Origin: an uncultured Acidimicrobiales bacterium
Lineage (GTDB): Bacteria > Actinomycetota > Acidimicrobiia > Acidimicrobiales > SZUA-35
Direction: 5' to 3'
Length of the DNA: 64,000 nucleotides
NCBI GenBank assembly: GCA_938009905.1
Contig: CALLGK010000027.1
Location: 17,426 to 81,425, forward strand
Position numbers and translations under genes: made by a program. The notes under the pieces were generated by a model that was not told the DNA's origin, did not search any database, and was given only the letters and a program-made list of their open reading frames with translations. Each line of letters begins with the position of its first letter. The stretch's first letter is position 1. Of the stretch, positions 9,573 to 18,708 are shown one piece after another.

Positions 9573-10201
9573 GAGGTCTCCTCTGGTTCGTCGATCGGCA
9601 GCCACACGGGAGGTCCGTTGACCTCATCTGGTGCGACGGCTCCGACGGCTCGACCAGCCGGAATCTGTTGACGGGTTTGCGACAGGGTGCCGTGGGGAGG
9701 AATGGCGGCCGAACCATTCTTCTTCGAGTCGGCGGTGAGGCGATCAACGAGTGAATCGAAGTTGTCGTGCGTGACCCGAAACTCGTGCCGGTAGTTGACC
9801 TGCAAGCAGGGGGCCTCGGTGCAAGCGGCCTGACACTCAGCTCGTTCGAGCGTGAAGAGGCCGTCGTCTGTTGTAGCGCCGACCTTGATGCCGAGCCGCT
9901 CTTCTGCGTGATGGATCAGTTCGTCAGCACCAAGCAGCTGGCATGACATCGTGCCGCACACGTTGATGACGTAGCGCCCAACGGGTTCGAGCTTGAACAT
10001 CTCGTAGAACGAGCAGGTGCCGAGCACCTCAGCCGACGTGATGTCGAGCAGCTCAGCGAGATGGCTCATGCCCTCGTTGGTCACATAGCCGTTTTGTTCC
10101 TGCACCAGATGGAGAAGCGGAATCAGTGCCGACTTCTTCACCGGGTAGCGAGCAATCACTTCCTTGGCCAGCAATTCGTTGGCCGCGTGTAAGCGAGTCA
10201 T
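9569..10201 (-). CDS. nuoE: NADH-quinone oxidoreductase subunit E (2Fe-2S)
   Basis: 210 aa; ...KKSALIPLLHLVQEQNGYV..., CGTMSCQLLGA and ECQAACTEAP cysteine motifs of NuoE. Confidence 0.9.
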   Translation of the reverse strand: MTRLHAANELLAKEVIARYPVKKSALIPLLHLVQEQNGYVTNEGMSHLAELLDITSAEVLGTCSFYEMFKLEPVGRYVINVCGTMSCQLLGADELIHHAEERLGIKVGATTDDGLFTLERAECQAACTEAPCLQVNYRHEFRVTHDNFDSLVDRLTADSKKNGSAAIPPHGTLSQTRQQIPAGRAVGAVAPDEVNGPPVWLPIDEPEETS

Positions 10202-11557
10202 CTAGCGATCCACCTCACCCATGATTGGGTCGACGCTCGAAATCACGGCGACGGCGTCGGCGATCAGACCCTGCGACATCATGTGCGGCAGTGTTTGCAG
10301 GTTGATGAACGACGGACCGCGAATGTGCATGCGGTAGGGCTTTGGGCCGCCATCGCTCACGATGTAACAACCAAGCTCACCACGTGGAGACTCAACCGCT
10401 GCATAGACCTCGCCCTCGGGCACCTTGAAGCCCTCGGTGAAGATCTTGAAGTGGTGAATCAGCGCTTCCATCGACTCGTCGATACGAGCTCGGGGCGGCG
10501 GGGTGACCTTGGTGTCGGTAGCCCGGTAATCGCCCTTTGGCATCTTGTCGAGGATCTGATGAACGATCCGCATCGACTCGCGAATCTCGTTGAGTCGGAT
10601 CGCATAGCGATCGAATGCATCGCCGTAGGTACCGACGACCACGTCGAACTCGACGTCGTCGTAGGCCAGGTATGGCATGTCGCGGCGTAGGTCCCAGGGA
10701 ACACCAGCAGAGCGGAGCACCGGTCCGGTTGTTGACAGCGCGATGGCCTCGTCGGCGCCCATGACGCCGACACCCTGGAGTCGCTCACGCCAGATCGGCT
10801 GACCGGTCATGAGGATGTCGTATTCCTCGAGGCGAGGCGGGAGGATGTCGAGCAACCGACCGACCGAATCACGCCATCCATCGGGCAGGTCGGCAGCAAC
10901 GCCACCGGGCCGGATGTAGTTGTGGTTCATGCGCAGACCGGTGACGAGCTCGAAGAAGCGCAGAACTTCTTCGCGTTCACGCCAGCCGTAGATCATCATT
11001 GACACCGCGCCGAGGTCCATGCCGTTGGTGGCCATGAACAACAGGTGCGAAGAGATGCGATTCATCTCGGACATGAGCATGCGGATCCACGTGGCCCGCT
11101 CAGGAATCTCGAGACCGATCAGCTTCTCAACGGCCAGCGAGAAGGCCAGCTCGTTGAAGAAGGGTGCGGCGTAGTCCATCCGCGTGACGTTGGTTGGACC
11201 CTGCAGGTAGGTGAGTTCCTCGCCGGTCTTTTCCATGCCGGTGTGGAGGTAGCCAACGACTGGCTTGGAACGAACAACGGTTTCGCCGTCCATTTCGAGC
11301 ATGAGTCGAAGCACGCCATGCGTGCTCGGATGCGACGGGCCCATGTTCATCAACATGGTCTGGTCGTTCTCGTCGTCGAGAGGCGCGTCTGCCATCTCGG
11401 CCATCTGAACTTCGGACATCCGCATCACGGCATGGTTGCGGGGCAGCAGATCAACCTGACCGAGGTGCAGCTCTGTTGCTGCATCGGTAGCCATGTTGTG
11501 TTCGATCACCGGCGTGTTGTCGACAGGTGCCTGTGGTTCAGCGTCAGTAACGGCCAT
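10202..11557 (-). CDS. nuoD: NADH-quinone oxidoreductase subunit D
   Basis: MNMGPSHPSTHGVLRL..., ...RIDESMEALIHHFK..., C-terminal ...DPIMGEVDR typical NuoD; start set at ATG 11557-11555 (ATGA overlap with nuoC stop). Confidence 0.9.
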   Translation of the reverse strand: MAVTDAEPQAPVDNTPVIEHNMATDAATELHLGQVDLLPRNHAVMRMSEVQMAEMADAPLDDENDQTMLMNMGPSHPSTHGVLRLMLEMDGETVVRSKPVVGYLHTGMEKTGEELTYLQGPTNVTRMDYAAPFFNELAFSLAVEKLIGLEIPERATWIRMLMSEMNRISSHLLFMATNGMDLGAVSMMIYGWREREEVLRFFELVTGLRMNHNYIRPGGVAADLPDGWRDSVGRLLDILPPRLEEYDILMTGQPIWRERLQGVGVMGADEAIALSTTGPVLRSAGVPWDLRRDMPYLAYDDVEFDVVVGTYGDAFDRYAIRLNEIRESMRIVHQILDKMPKGDYRATDTKVTPPPRARIDESMEALIHHFKIFTEGFKVPEGEVYAAVESPRGELGCYIVSDGGPKPYRMHIRGPSFINLQTLPHMMSQGLIADAVAVISSVDPIMGEVDR

Positions 11558-12108
11558 CAGTTCGTTCCTTTGAACTGCACGGGGATAGCACCGGTTGCGA
11601 AGTCTTTGCGGAGTGGGTGCCCTTCCCAATTCTCTGGCATCAGAATACGCGACAGGTCGGGGTGACCTTCGAAGTTGATGCCAAACATGTCGAAGACTTC
11701 CCGCTCGAGATAGTCGGCGCCCGGATAGAGGTTGGTAAGTGAGCCGATGGTGGCGTCATCGGCCGAGATCTGCACTCGGGCCCGGATGCGCTCACGTCGC
11801 TCGTGGTTGATGAAGCTTGCCACTAGCTCGTAGCGCTCAGCGTTGATTCCGGCTGGTAGTTCGCGTCGGCCCTGGAAGGTAAGAAAGTCGACGGCAGTGA
11901 CGTCGATGCACATGCGAAAGCCGTCAGCCAAAATGGCCGAGGCGACCAGAAGCCATTCATCGCGGCCGGGGTGGATGACCAGTTGGCCATCGGCGGACGC
12001 GACAAGCGGGCACCCAAAAGCCATCGGGCCGGTGGATTCCGCTGCGATGACCTCGTCGCCAGACGCCGCGTCGGCGCCTTCGGGGTCGGGAGTTGCTTCG
12101 TCAGTCAT
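11557..12108 (-). CDS. nuoC: NADH-quinone oxidoreductase subunit C
   Basis: C-terminal part of ORF 11557..12810: ...[43 protein letters not shown] typical NuoC; start ATG 12108-12106 (ATGA overlap with nuoB stop); upstream part of ORF is Arg-rich shadow overlapping nuoB. Confidence 0.85.
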   Translation of the reverse strand: MTDEATPDPEGADAASGDEVIAAESTGPMAFGCPLVASADGQLVIHPGRDEWLLVASAILADGFRMCIDVTAVDFLTFQGRRELPAGINAERYELVASFINHERRERIRARVQISADDATIGSLTNLYPGADYLEREVFDMFGINFEGHPDLSRILMPENWEGHPLRKDFATGAIPVQFKGTN

Positions 12109-12680
12109 TTCCGCCCAAGGCTGATGAGGTGTGATTCGCCCTGTCCATCTCGCTGCTCGACAACGATGCCCGCGCCCGTTCCGGCCTTGCGGTTCATGAG
12201 CTCGCCGGACTCGATCTTCTCGTGCAGGGTGTGGATGGCGTGAAGAAGTGTTTCTGGTCCGGGAGGACAGCCGGGGGCGTAGATGTCGACGGGGACGATC
12301 TGATCGACGCCCTGCACAATCGCGTAGTTGTTGAACATGCCACCGCTTGATGCACAGACGCCCATGGAAATGACCCACTTGGGTTCCATCATCTGGTCGT
12401 AGATCTGACGCAACACCGGGGCCATCTTCTGGCTCACTCGACCCGCAACGATCATGACGTCGGCTTGCCGAGGAGATGCTCGGAACACTTCCATGCCAAG
12501 ACGAGCGAGGTCGTAGTGCGAACCACCCGTGGCCATCATCTCGATGGCGCAGCACGCCAGGCCGAACGTGGCTGGCCAACTGGACCGGGCTCGCGACCAA
12601 TTGACGAGATCTTCGAGTTTGCCGGTTGCGAAGTTGTGCTCGATGGCGCCGAGGCCATCTTCTTTGAGATTGTCCAGCAT
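12105..12680 (-). CDS. nuoB: NADH-quinone oxidoreductase subunit B (N2 cluster)
   Basis: [17 protein letters not shown], ...[15 protein letters not shown]..., [10 protein letters not shown] motifs. Confidence 0.95.
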   Translation of the reverse strand: MLDNLKEDGLGAIEHNFATGKLEDLVNWSRARSSWPATFGLACCAIEMMATGGSHYDLARLGMEVFRASPRQADVMIVAGRVSQKMAPVLRQIYDQMMEPKWVISMGVCASSGGMFNNYAIVQGVDQIVPVDIYAPGCPPGPETLLHAIHTLHEKIESGELMNRKAGTGAGIVVEQRDGQGESHLISLGRK

Positions 12681-13195
12681 CAGGCGGCGCTCGCAGTCTC
12701 GTCATCATCATTGCCGTCGGGATCGACAGTGGCCGGCGCCGTGGTGTGCTCAAAACGACCCTCGAGGCCAACCTTGCGGATGGTCGACGAGGTCGTGCGA
12801 GACGCATCAACCATGTCTGACTGGCGATGGTTGACCTGCAACGGGCCCCAGTCGAGGGCTCCCTTTGAAATCAAGTACACGAACGACTCGAAGACCATCG
12901 CCGAGAACAACAGGACGGCAACAAGCCCAAACAGGCCGACGTCGCCGTGCACCATGGCCCACGGGTAGAGAAACACGATCTCGATGTCGAAGACGATGAA
13001 GAGCATCGCCACCAGGTAGAAGCGCACCGGGAAACGCTGGGGCGGTTCGCGACCGGGGATGATGCCACACTCATAGGGAGCGCTTTTCTGTTCGGTCGAG
13101 CGCCGAGGAGCGAGCAAGCCCGAGCCGACAAAGCTCCCGAACGCAAACAGCGCGGCCAACACGAGCAGCGCCGCAAGCGGCAGGTACTGAGCCAT
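12680..13195 (-). CDS. nuoA: NADH-quinone oxidoreductase subunit A with ~50-aa C-terminal extension
   Basis: 171 aa; ...[44 protein letters not shown] typical NuoA core; first gene of nuo order. Confidence 0.85.
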   Translation of the reverse strand: MAQYLPLAALLVLAALFAFGSFVGSGLLAPRRSTEQKSAPYECGIIPGREPPQRFPVRFYLVAMLFIVFDIEIVFLYPWAMVHGDVGLFGLVAVLLFSAMVFESFVYLISKGALDWGPLQVNHRQSDMVDASRTTSSTIRKVGLEGRFEHTTAPATVDPDGNDDDETASAA

Positions 13196-13237
13196 CTGGT
13201 GTTGCCTTTCGGATTACGAGTACTGAAACGGGCTGCG

Positions 13238-14191
13238 TCAGGCGACAGCAGCACGGATCTCCATCTCACGACGATCACGCACATGCATTGACCAGCACAA
13301 GATGAAGAAGAGAATTCCGTTGAAGATCGAGAACAGCGCCGGGGTCACCCGGGTGCCGCCAAACAGGGCCGGCAACGGGCCACCACGATCTCGTTCCATC
13401 ACGACAGATACAACCGACTTCCCGGGGTCAGCTGCAGCGACCGGTGGAGCTTCACCAGCGAGTGTTGGCTGATCGAGGGCACCTTGAACCTGGATGACAA
13501 CCAGCTCTTGCGGGTGCCAGAAGTGGACGAAGGTGGTGTCGAGCTTGTGGATCACTCGATCGAACATGTTGGGATCGTCTTTGAGCAGCGGCTTGCCACC
13601 GATGTTGTACGCACCAAATCGAAGCGGGACGTACTCAGCGGTGGAGTCGAACACGTGCTCTTCAGCCAAGAAGACGTCGGCTGAGGCAACGGCTTCGCCC
13701 CGGCGTGGGTTTGAGGTGGCGAGGTAGCGCCAGCCGTCGAACTCGTCGATGTTGACCTTGTTGAAGGCAACAGCCTCGGCCTGGGCGGCATCTGGGTCGT
13801 CGCTACTGACACCCTCTTCAACGTTGATGCCCTCAAGCACCAACCCGAGCGTCGCAACATCTTCGTTCTCGGCGAACGGAAGACCATCGTTCTGAAGCTC
13901 TGGGTTGTCGCCGTTGATCTCGACCAATGCCCAGCTTTCAGCTTCGCCCCGCCAGCCAATGGCGTAGACGGTCCAGATGACACCCATCATGGCCATCCAG
14001 CCGAAGAAGGCAGCAGCCGAGATGAGTCCACCGGTGCGGGCACCCGAGTTGGATGCCACCAGCAGGTAGGTGCCGCCGACCATCACCACGACGCCAACCA
14101 GCACCGAAAGAAGGCCACGGAAGAACGGGTCGAAGGCAATGCCGTCGATGAACGCAAGCATGTCGATGGAAGCAAGCATGGTGAGCATCAC
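13238..14191 (-). CDS. Unknown membrane protein (N-terminal TM helices, ~190-aa extracytoplasmic domain, C-terminal TM); candidate accessory subunit of the bc-type complex
   Basis: 317-aa ORF, hydrophobic N-terminus (LLSVLVGVVVMVGGTYLLVA; LISAAAFFGWMAMMGVIWTVYAIGW) and C-terminal TM (ALFSIFNGILFFILCW); 4-nt overlap with upstream cytochrome c gene, 42 nt before nuoA; no motif recognised. Confidence 0.6.
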   Translation of the reverse strand: MMLTMLASIDMLAFIDGIAFDPFFRGLLSVLVGVVVMVGGTYLLVASNSGARTGGLISAAAFFGWMAMMGVIWTVYAIGWRGEAESWALVEINGDNPELQNDGLPFAENEDVATLGLVLEGINVEEGVSSDDPDAAQAEAVAFNKVNIDEFDGWRYLATSNPRRGEAVASADVFLAEEHVFDSTAEYVPLRFGAYNIGGKPLLKDDPNMFDRVIHKLDTTFVHFWHPQELVVIQVQGALDQPTLAGEAPPVAAADPGKSVVSVVMERDRGGPLPALFGGTRVTPALFSIFNGILFFILCWSMHVRDRREMEIRAAVA

Positions 14192-15711
14192 AGACCTCGC
14201 TCGTAATCAACAACGGCCTGAATGAACTGTTCAGGCAAGAGCTTGCCGAAGCCCGGCATCATGCCGGCGGCGCTCTGTCCGCCTCGGCCGTAGCCCGACC
14301 CGGCGTCTGCACCGTTGTAGATGAAGTCGAAGTGGGCGTAGCTGGTGCGCTCTGGCATGTCGATGACGTCGCACGAGAAGCCGATCCGGCCGTCGGCGAA
14401 CATCAAGTCAGATTCGCCAAGCGAGTCGAGATCAATCGGCTCAGGGTTCACGAACCCATCGGCTGAATCGTCAACTTCAGGCAATCCGTCTTCGACGTAG
14501 GCGTACGCCTCTGACGAGATTCCCTCTGGCTCCCACAAGCTGGAGATCGATGCACACTCGGCGAGGTCGCCGTGCATCTCGCCACCGCTGAGCACTTCGT
14601 AGAGCTCACCGGAATCGGTGATGGGCGCACCCTTGTCGTTGAGGCGAACCTTTGAGCCGTCCATGGCTTCGTAGAAGAAGCCGTCGTCGTCTGCGAGGCC
14701 ACCCTTCGGTGCCCACGAGCCGTCTGGAAGCTTCCAAGCATCGTCAGGGAAGCGCTCGGTAATCGTGCCGCAGAGGCTGAAGCCAATACCCGATGGGTTA
14801 CCACCGCCGCAACCAGCTACGCCTTCGGCGAGCGGGTCGGCGCCGGGGGCCCACGGGGTGTTTGGACCGAGTGACCAGCCAGAGGTGTGGCAGCGACCGC
14901 AGCTGAGCGAACCAGCTTGGAAGCCGGAGAAGTAGCCGAGGTTGAACACGGCCTCACCGATGGACGAGAACTCGCCGTCGTCGAGCGATCGCTGAACCTC
15001 GTCGCGAATCTCGATGGCGAGTTCGTCGGCCTCTGCCTGGGCGGCCGCTGGGTCGTCTGAGAAGTTGATGTCGATCGTGTCGAGCGATTGGACCTCGAAG
15101 GTCTGGATGTACTCCATCGTGTTCTGGACCTGCTGCTCGGTGAGCGGACCACCACCCGGCGTTCCCCAGGCAGCCATCGGCGAACCGGGACGCCCGAAGT
15201 TGAGGATGTAGCGAACCTCATCTTCTGAGTAGCGCAAGAACACGTTGTTGAGCGCTGGTGCTGTCCAGCTGGCATTGGCGATGAACTGGCCATCGACGTC
15301 TTGGAGAACGTACGGAGCGACACCACCGACACCACCGGCGGCGTGACAGTTCACGCACTGTGCGCCTTCGGTGTAGAGGTCGCCACCACGCGACTCGAAG
15401 TTGAGCTGGTAGGCGGCGACAGCACCCTCTTGACGGCCAGGTTCAGCCAGCCAGTAGAAGGGAAGAGCGACCGAGGTGATGCCAAGGACAACCAACGCGA
15501 AGCTCAGCGAACGATCGAGCTTGACGCCCTCGAGCTCCTCGTCGGAGAGGTATTCCTTCTTGTTCGATGCGAGCTCGATTTCTGAACCGAGTTCGTCACG
15601 AGACGTGAAGATGTTGCGGATGAAGAGGGCGACGAAGCCCAGCAGTACGACAGACGCGACGGTAAGACCGATGGCGCGAAAGTCGGCGGCGAAGACGAGC
15701 GAGCTTTGCAT
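14188..15711 (-). CDS. Membrane-anchored dihaem c-type cytochrome (QcrC-like, 507 aa)
   Basis: Two CxxCH motifs (CVNCH, CGRCH), each with a downstream Met-ligand region (GSPMAAWG; GMMPGFG); two N-terminal TM segments; start overlaps Rieske stop. Confidence 0.8.
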   Translation of the reverse strand: MQSSLVFAADFRAIGLTVASVVLLGFVALFIRNIFTSRDELGSEIELASNKKEYLSDEELEGVKLDRSLSFALVVLGITSVALPFYWLAEPGRQEGAVAAYQLNFESRGGDLYTEGAQCVNCHAAGGVGGVAPYVLQDVDGQFIANASWTAPALNNVFLRYSEDEVRYILNFGRPGSPMAAWGTPGGGPLTEQQVQNTMEYIQTFEVQSLDTIDINFSDDPAAAQAEADELAIEIRDEVQRSLDDGEFSSIGEAVFNLGYFSGFQAGSLSCGRCHTSGWSLGPNTPWAPGADPLAEGVAGCGGGNPSGIGFSLCGTITERFPDDAWKLPDGSWAPKGGLADDDGFFYEAMDGSKVRLNDKGAPITDSGELYEVLSGGEMHGDLAECASISSLWEPEGISSEAYAYVEDGLPEVDDSADGFVNPEPIDLDSLGESDLMFADGRIGFSCDVIDMPERTSYAHFDFIYNGADAGSGYGRGGQSAAGMMPGFGKLLPEQFIQAVVDYERGL

Positions 15712-16631
15712 TAGTGGCTTGCTGCTCCAATGCAGTTGGGGCCTTCGGCTTCCTGACCGGTGGTGTTCACACCGATTGGGGGTCCCTGGATCACAACACC
15801 AGTGTCGACGATCAGCTCGTTGGATGGGCTGATCTCCATCGGGAATCGATCCATACCGCGAGGGGCAGGGCCGCCCTTCTTTTCACCGACGCGGTTGTAT
15901 TGCGATCCGTGGCACGGGCACTCGAACCATTGGGATGTCGTGCACTCAGGAACACGGCAGCCAAGGTGCGGGCACGTCTGGAACAACGCGACCACACCGG
16001 CTTCGAGTCCACCAGCGACCTGGTCGTAGAAACCGTAGGCGCCGACAGCCTTTTCGACCGCTGCCGGTGGGTACTCGGTGACCCACATACGACCCTCGGG
16101 CACGTAGAAGAACCCGCTACCGGCCTTGATGGCGTCTTCGATGTCGGGGATACGACCGACGTTGATGCGCGAGCCGAAACCACTGGAACCCTGCGGCCAG
16201 AGGAAGGCAATACAGGCGGCGCCAAAGCCGGACAGACCGAGACCGAACATGGCAACGATTCCTCGGTTGAGGAACTGGCGGCGAGCAACACCGAGGGTCT
16301 CAGGATCTGGCGGAACATACGCAACAGGGGTGGCTGGTCCGGCCTTCACGAGGGCGCCGGAACGCTCGGCCCGGGCGACAGCCTCGACCTCTGAACCGGT
16401 ACTGCCAGCAACGGTCTTGGACTCTTCGTCGGCACCAACCGACACGAGTTCCTTCGATGCGGGCGCGTCTTCTTCGTCGATGTCAACGGTGCCGCGATCG
16501 CGCTTCACCGTCTCGCCGGCCAACTGACCGAACGCACCGTCGGTATCACGGCGACGCAGCGAGGCGCTGATGACGCCAAGGCTCAGCAGTGCCAGTACGA
16601 CGACACCGATGATGATGAGTGTGGTTGTCAT
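15711..16631 (-). CDS. qcrA: Rieske [2Fe-2S] subunit of bc-type complex
   Basis: CPHLGCRV ... CPCHGSQY Rieske boxes; internal twin-arginine-like RRQFLNRG followed by TM. Confidence 0.9.
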   Translation of the reverse strand: MTTTLIIIGVVVLALLSLGVISASLRRRDTDGAFGQLAGETVKRDRGTVDIDEEDAPASKELVSVGADEESKTVAGSTGSEVEAVARAERSGALVKAGPATPVAYVPPDPETLGVARRQFLNRGIVAMFGLGLSGFGAACIAFLWPQGSSGFGSRINVGRIPDIEDAIKAGSGFFYVPEGRMWVTEYPPAAVEKAVGAYGFYDQVAGGLEAGVVALFQTCPHLGCRVPECTTSQWFECPCHGSQYNRVGEKKGGPAPRGMDRFPMEISPSNELIVDTGVVIQGPPIGVNTTGQEAEGPNCIGAASH

Positions 16632-16644
16632 GATTGCTCCTGTC

Positions 16645-17415
16645 TCAGAGCTCGAAGAAGAGGCCGTCGGCCCATGGGAACACGAAGTTGAAGCCCGGTC
16701 CTCGGAAGAAGGAACCGATCAGCGTGAGAACCGCCCAGAACATCATGAAGACCGTGAACAAGGTGATGGCGATCTTGCGATCTTCCGGCTTGTTGCTGGG
16801 GTTCTTGTCGATGTAGGGGGCCATCGTGAGGATGATCAGGCCGATACCCGGGATGGTCACACCAGCGACCATGGGGTGGAACATGGTGAGCAGTTCCTGA
16901 AGGCCGAGGAAGTACCACGGGGCCTTGGAGGGGTTCGGGGTTTCGTTCACGTTGGCCAGCTCGAGCAGCGGGGCGTTCACGAAGATCGAGAAGATGAGCG
17001 TGAATGCGGTGCAGAACAAGGCAGCACCAAACTCGACGACGATGAGGTGCGGCCACGTGTGCACCTTGTCGAGCGGCTTCATCTTGATGTCTTGGATCGA
17101 GCCAGACTTCACGACCGTGAGCAGACGCTGGGTGTGGCCAGCAGGGCCCGTCATGACCGGGGCATCGGCAACAGCAGTGGCGGCCGCAACAGCGGTGCCA
17201 ACACCAGCAGCAGCGGGGGCCACAGCGGTACCAGCTGCTTCCTTCTGCTTTGCAGACTTCGAGCGCTCGAGAAGGTGCGCGGGAATCTTCGAACCGGAGT
17301 CGCTCGCGGCCGCGTCATCGCCACCCGCCGGCGCCGCCTCAGCAGCGTCGGAGGATTCAGCCTTCTTGCGAGCTTCGGCCGCTCGCTTGCGGAGGTGTTC
17401 TGGGATCTCTGTCAT
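16645..17415 (-). CDS. Cytochrome b C-terminal half / subunit-IV-like protein with ~95-aa N-terminal extension
   Basis: PEWYFL-equivalent motif KAPWYFLGLQELL, three TM helices; N-terminal extension carries two IPxHLxxR motifs; AGGAGA SD 8 nt upstream of ATG. Confidence 0.85.
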   Translation of the reverse strand: MTEIPEHLRKRAAEARKKAESSDAAEAAPAGGDDAAASDSGSKIPAHLLERSKSAKQKEAAGTAVAPAAAGVGTAVAAATAVADAPVMTGPAGHTQRLLTVVKSGSIQDIKMKPLDKVHTWPHLIVVEFGAALFCTAFTLIFSIFVNAPLLELANVNETPNPSKAPWYFLGLQELLTMFHPMVAGVTIPGIGLIILTMAPYIDKNPSNKPEDRKIAITLFTVFMMFWAVLTLIGSFFRGPGFNFVFPWADGLFFEL

Positions 17416-17444
17416 GACGATGTTCTCCTAAAGAGAAGGATCTC

Positions 17445-18236
17445 CTAGAGGGGTCCGGAAATGCCGCCGTCTTTACGCACCCGCCAGAAGTGGATGGCCA
17501 TAAAGATGACGGTAACGAAGGGCAACAGCAGAACGTGCAGGACGTACCAGCGGAGCAAGGTGTCTGTACCGATGACTTTGCCGCCGAGGAGAACGAATCT
17601 GACCTGGTCACCAAACACCGGCGTGTAGCCCATCATGTTGGTACCCACGGTGACCGCCCAGAGTGCGAGCTGATCCCACGGAAGCAGGTAGCCGGTGAAG
17701 GACAGCAGCAGGGTGAACTGAAGCAGGAACGTTCCGATCACCCAGTTGAACTCTCGAGGGGCCTTGTAGGCGCCGTGATAGAAGACTCGGGCCATGTGGA
17801 GGAACACAGACAGCACCATGAGGTGGGCGCCCCATCTGTGCATATTGCGGACCAGCAAGCCGAAGGTCACCGACGTCTGAAGCGTGTAGATGTCGTCCCA
17901 TGCCGCAGCAGCGGTTGGTCGATAGAAGAACATCAAGAAGATGCCGGTAATGGTGAGCAAGATGAACAAGAAGAAGCTGAGTCCACCGAGGCACAGCGTG
18001 TAGCTGACCTTCACGGCGTGACGCTTCACCTTCACTGGGTGCAGGTGGTAGAGCACCGAGTTCATGATCACGTAGGAACGGTTTCGAGGGCTGTCGGTGT
18101 AGCCCTTACGGAAGACCGAGCCGGGGCGGAAAATCGAGTTCCAAACCTGACCACCCTGCACGTTGTCGGTCAGTGCGGAGGCCTGGGCTTGGAGCTTTTC
18201 TGCCAGTGTTGGCTTGTCTTGAATTGACTTTGCCAT
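17445..18236 (-). CDS. qcrB: Cytochrome b6-like (N-terminal, haem-binding half of split cytochrome b)
   Basis: 263 aa; ...LVRNMHRWGAHLMVLSVFLHMARVFYHGAYKAPREFNWVIG... and ...LHVLLLPFVTVIFMAIHFWRVRKDG carry the conserved His ligands of cytochrome b. Confidence 0.9.
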   Translation of the reverse strand: MAKSIQDKPTLAEKLQAQASALTDNVQGGQVWNSIFRPGSVFRKGYTDSPRNRSYVIMNSVLYHLHPVKVKRHAVKVSYTLCLGGLSFFLFILLTITGIFLMFFYRPTAAAAWDDIYTLQTSVTFGLLVRNMHRWGAHLMVLSVFLHMARVFYHGAYKAPREFNWVIGTFLLQFTLLLSFTGYLLPWDQLALWAVTVGTNMMGYTPVFGDQVRFVLLGGKVIGTDTLLRWYVLHVLLLPFVTVIFMAIHFWRVRKDGGISGPL

Positions 18237-18287
18237 GCGATTCCTGTTCGGGATTCGAAGAAGAGAGGTGGATCCGGTGCAGCGACG

Positions 18288-18704
18288 TCAGGCGAGACGC
18301 ATGCCGTAGCCGTAGCCATGGGACGGGGTTCGTTGGTGGGCATCGCCGGTGGCGGCCGGGTCGCCGACCTTGCCGAGGATGATCACGCCGGTGGGGCAGC
18401 GATCGACGCAGAGGGCACAGCGGGTGCACACGTCGTCGTCGATCGTGAAGATGAAAGCGTCTGTTGGGTCATCGCCAGGGCGAGCAACACCAAATGACTC
18501 AGAAATCGCCTCGGTGGGCTGCATGTGAATGCACTTCCACGGGCAGATGTCGACACAGCCTTCGCAGGCAATGCACTCAGACTGGTCGATGTGAATGAAC
18601 TGCTTTGGCTTGACGGCCTTCGCGAGGTAGTCAGCATCGACCTCGACGAGGACGTAGTCGTCGCGAAATTCCGGGAGTGGCGGATTGGCATCGGTCGTTG
18701 TCAT
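18288..18704 (-). CDS. 2x[4Fe-4S] ferredoxin-domain protein encoded inside the bc-type operon
   Basis: 138 aa; CIACEGCVDICP and CTRCALCVDRCP motifs; 4-nt gap to upstream gene, 51 nt to cytochrome b6-like gene. Confidence 0.8.
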   Translation of the reverse strand: MTTTDANPPLPEFRDDYVLVEVDADYLAKAVKPKQFIHIDQSECIACEGCVDICPWKCIHMQPTEAISESFGVARPGDDPTDAFIFTIDDDVCTRCALCVDRCPTGVIILGKVGDPAATGDAHQRTPSHGYGYGMRLA

Positions 18705-18708
18705 GCCA

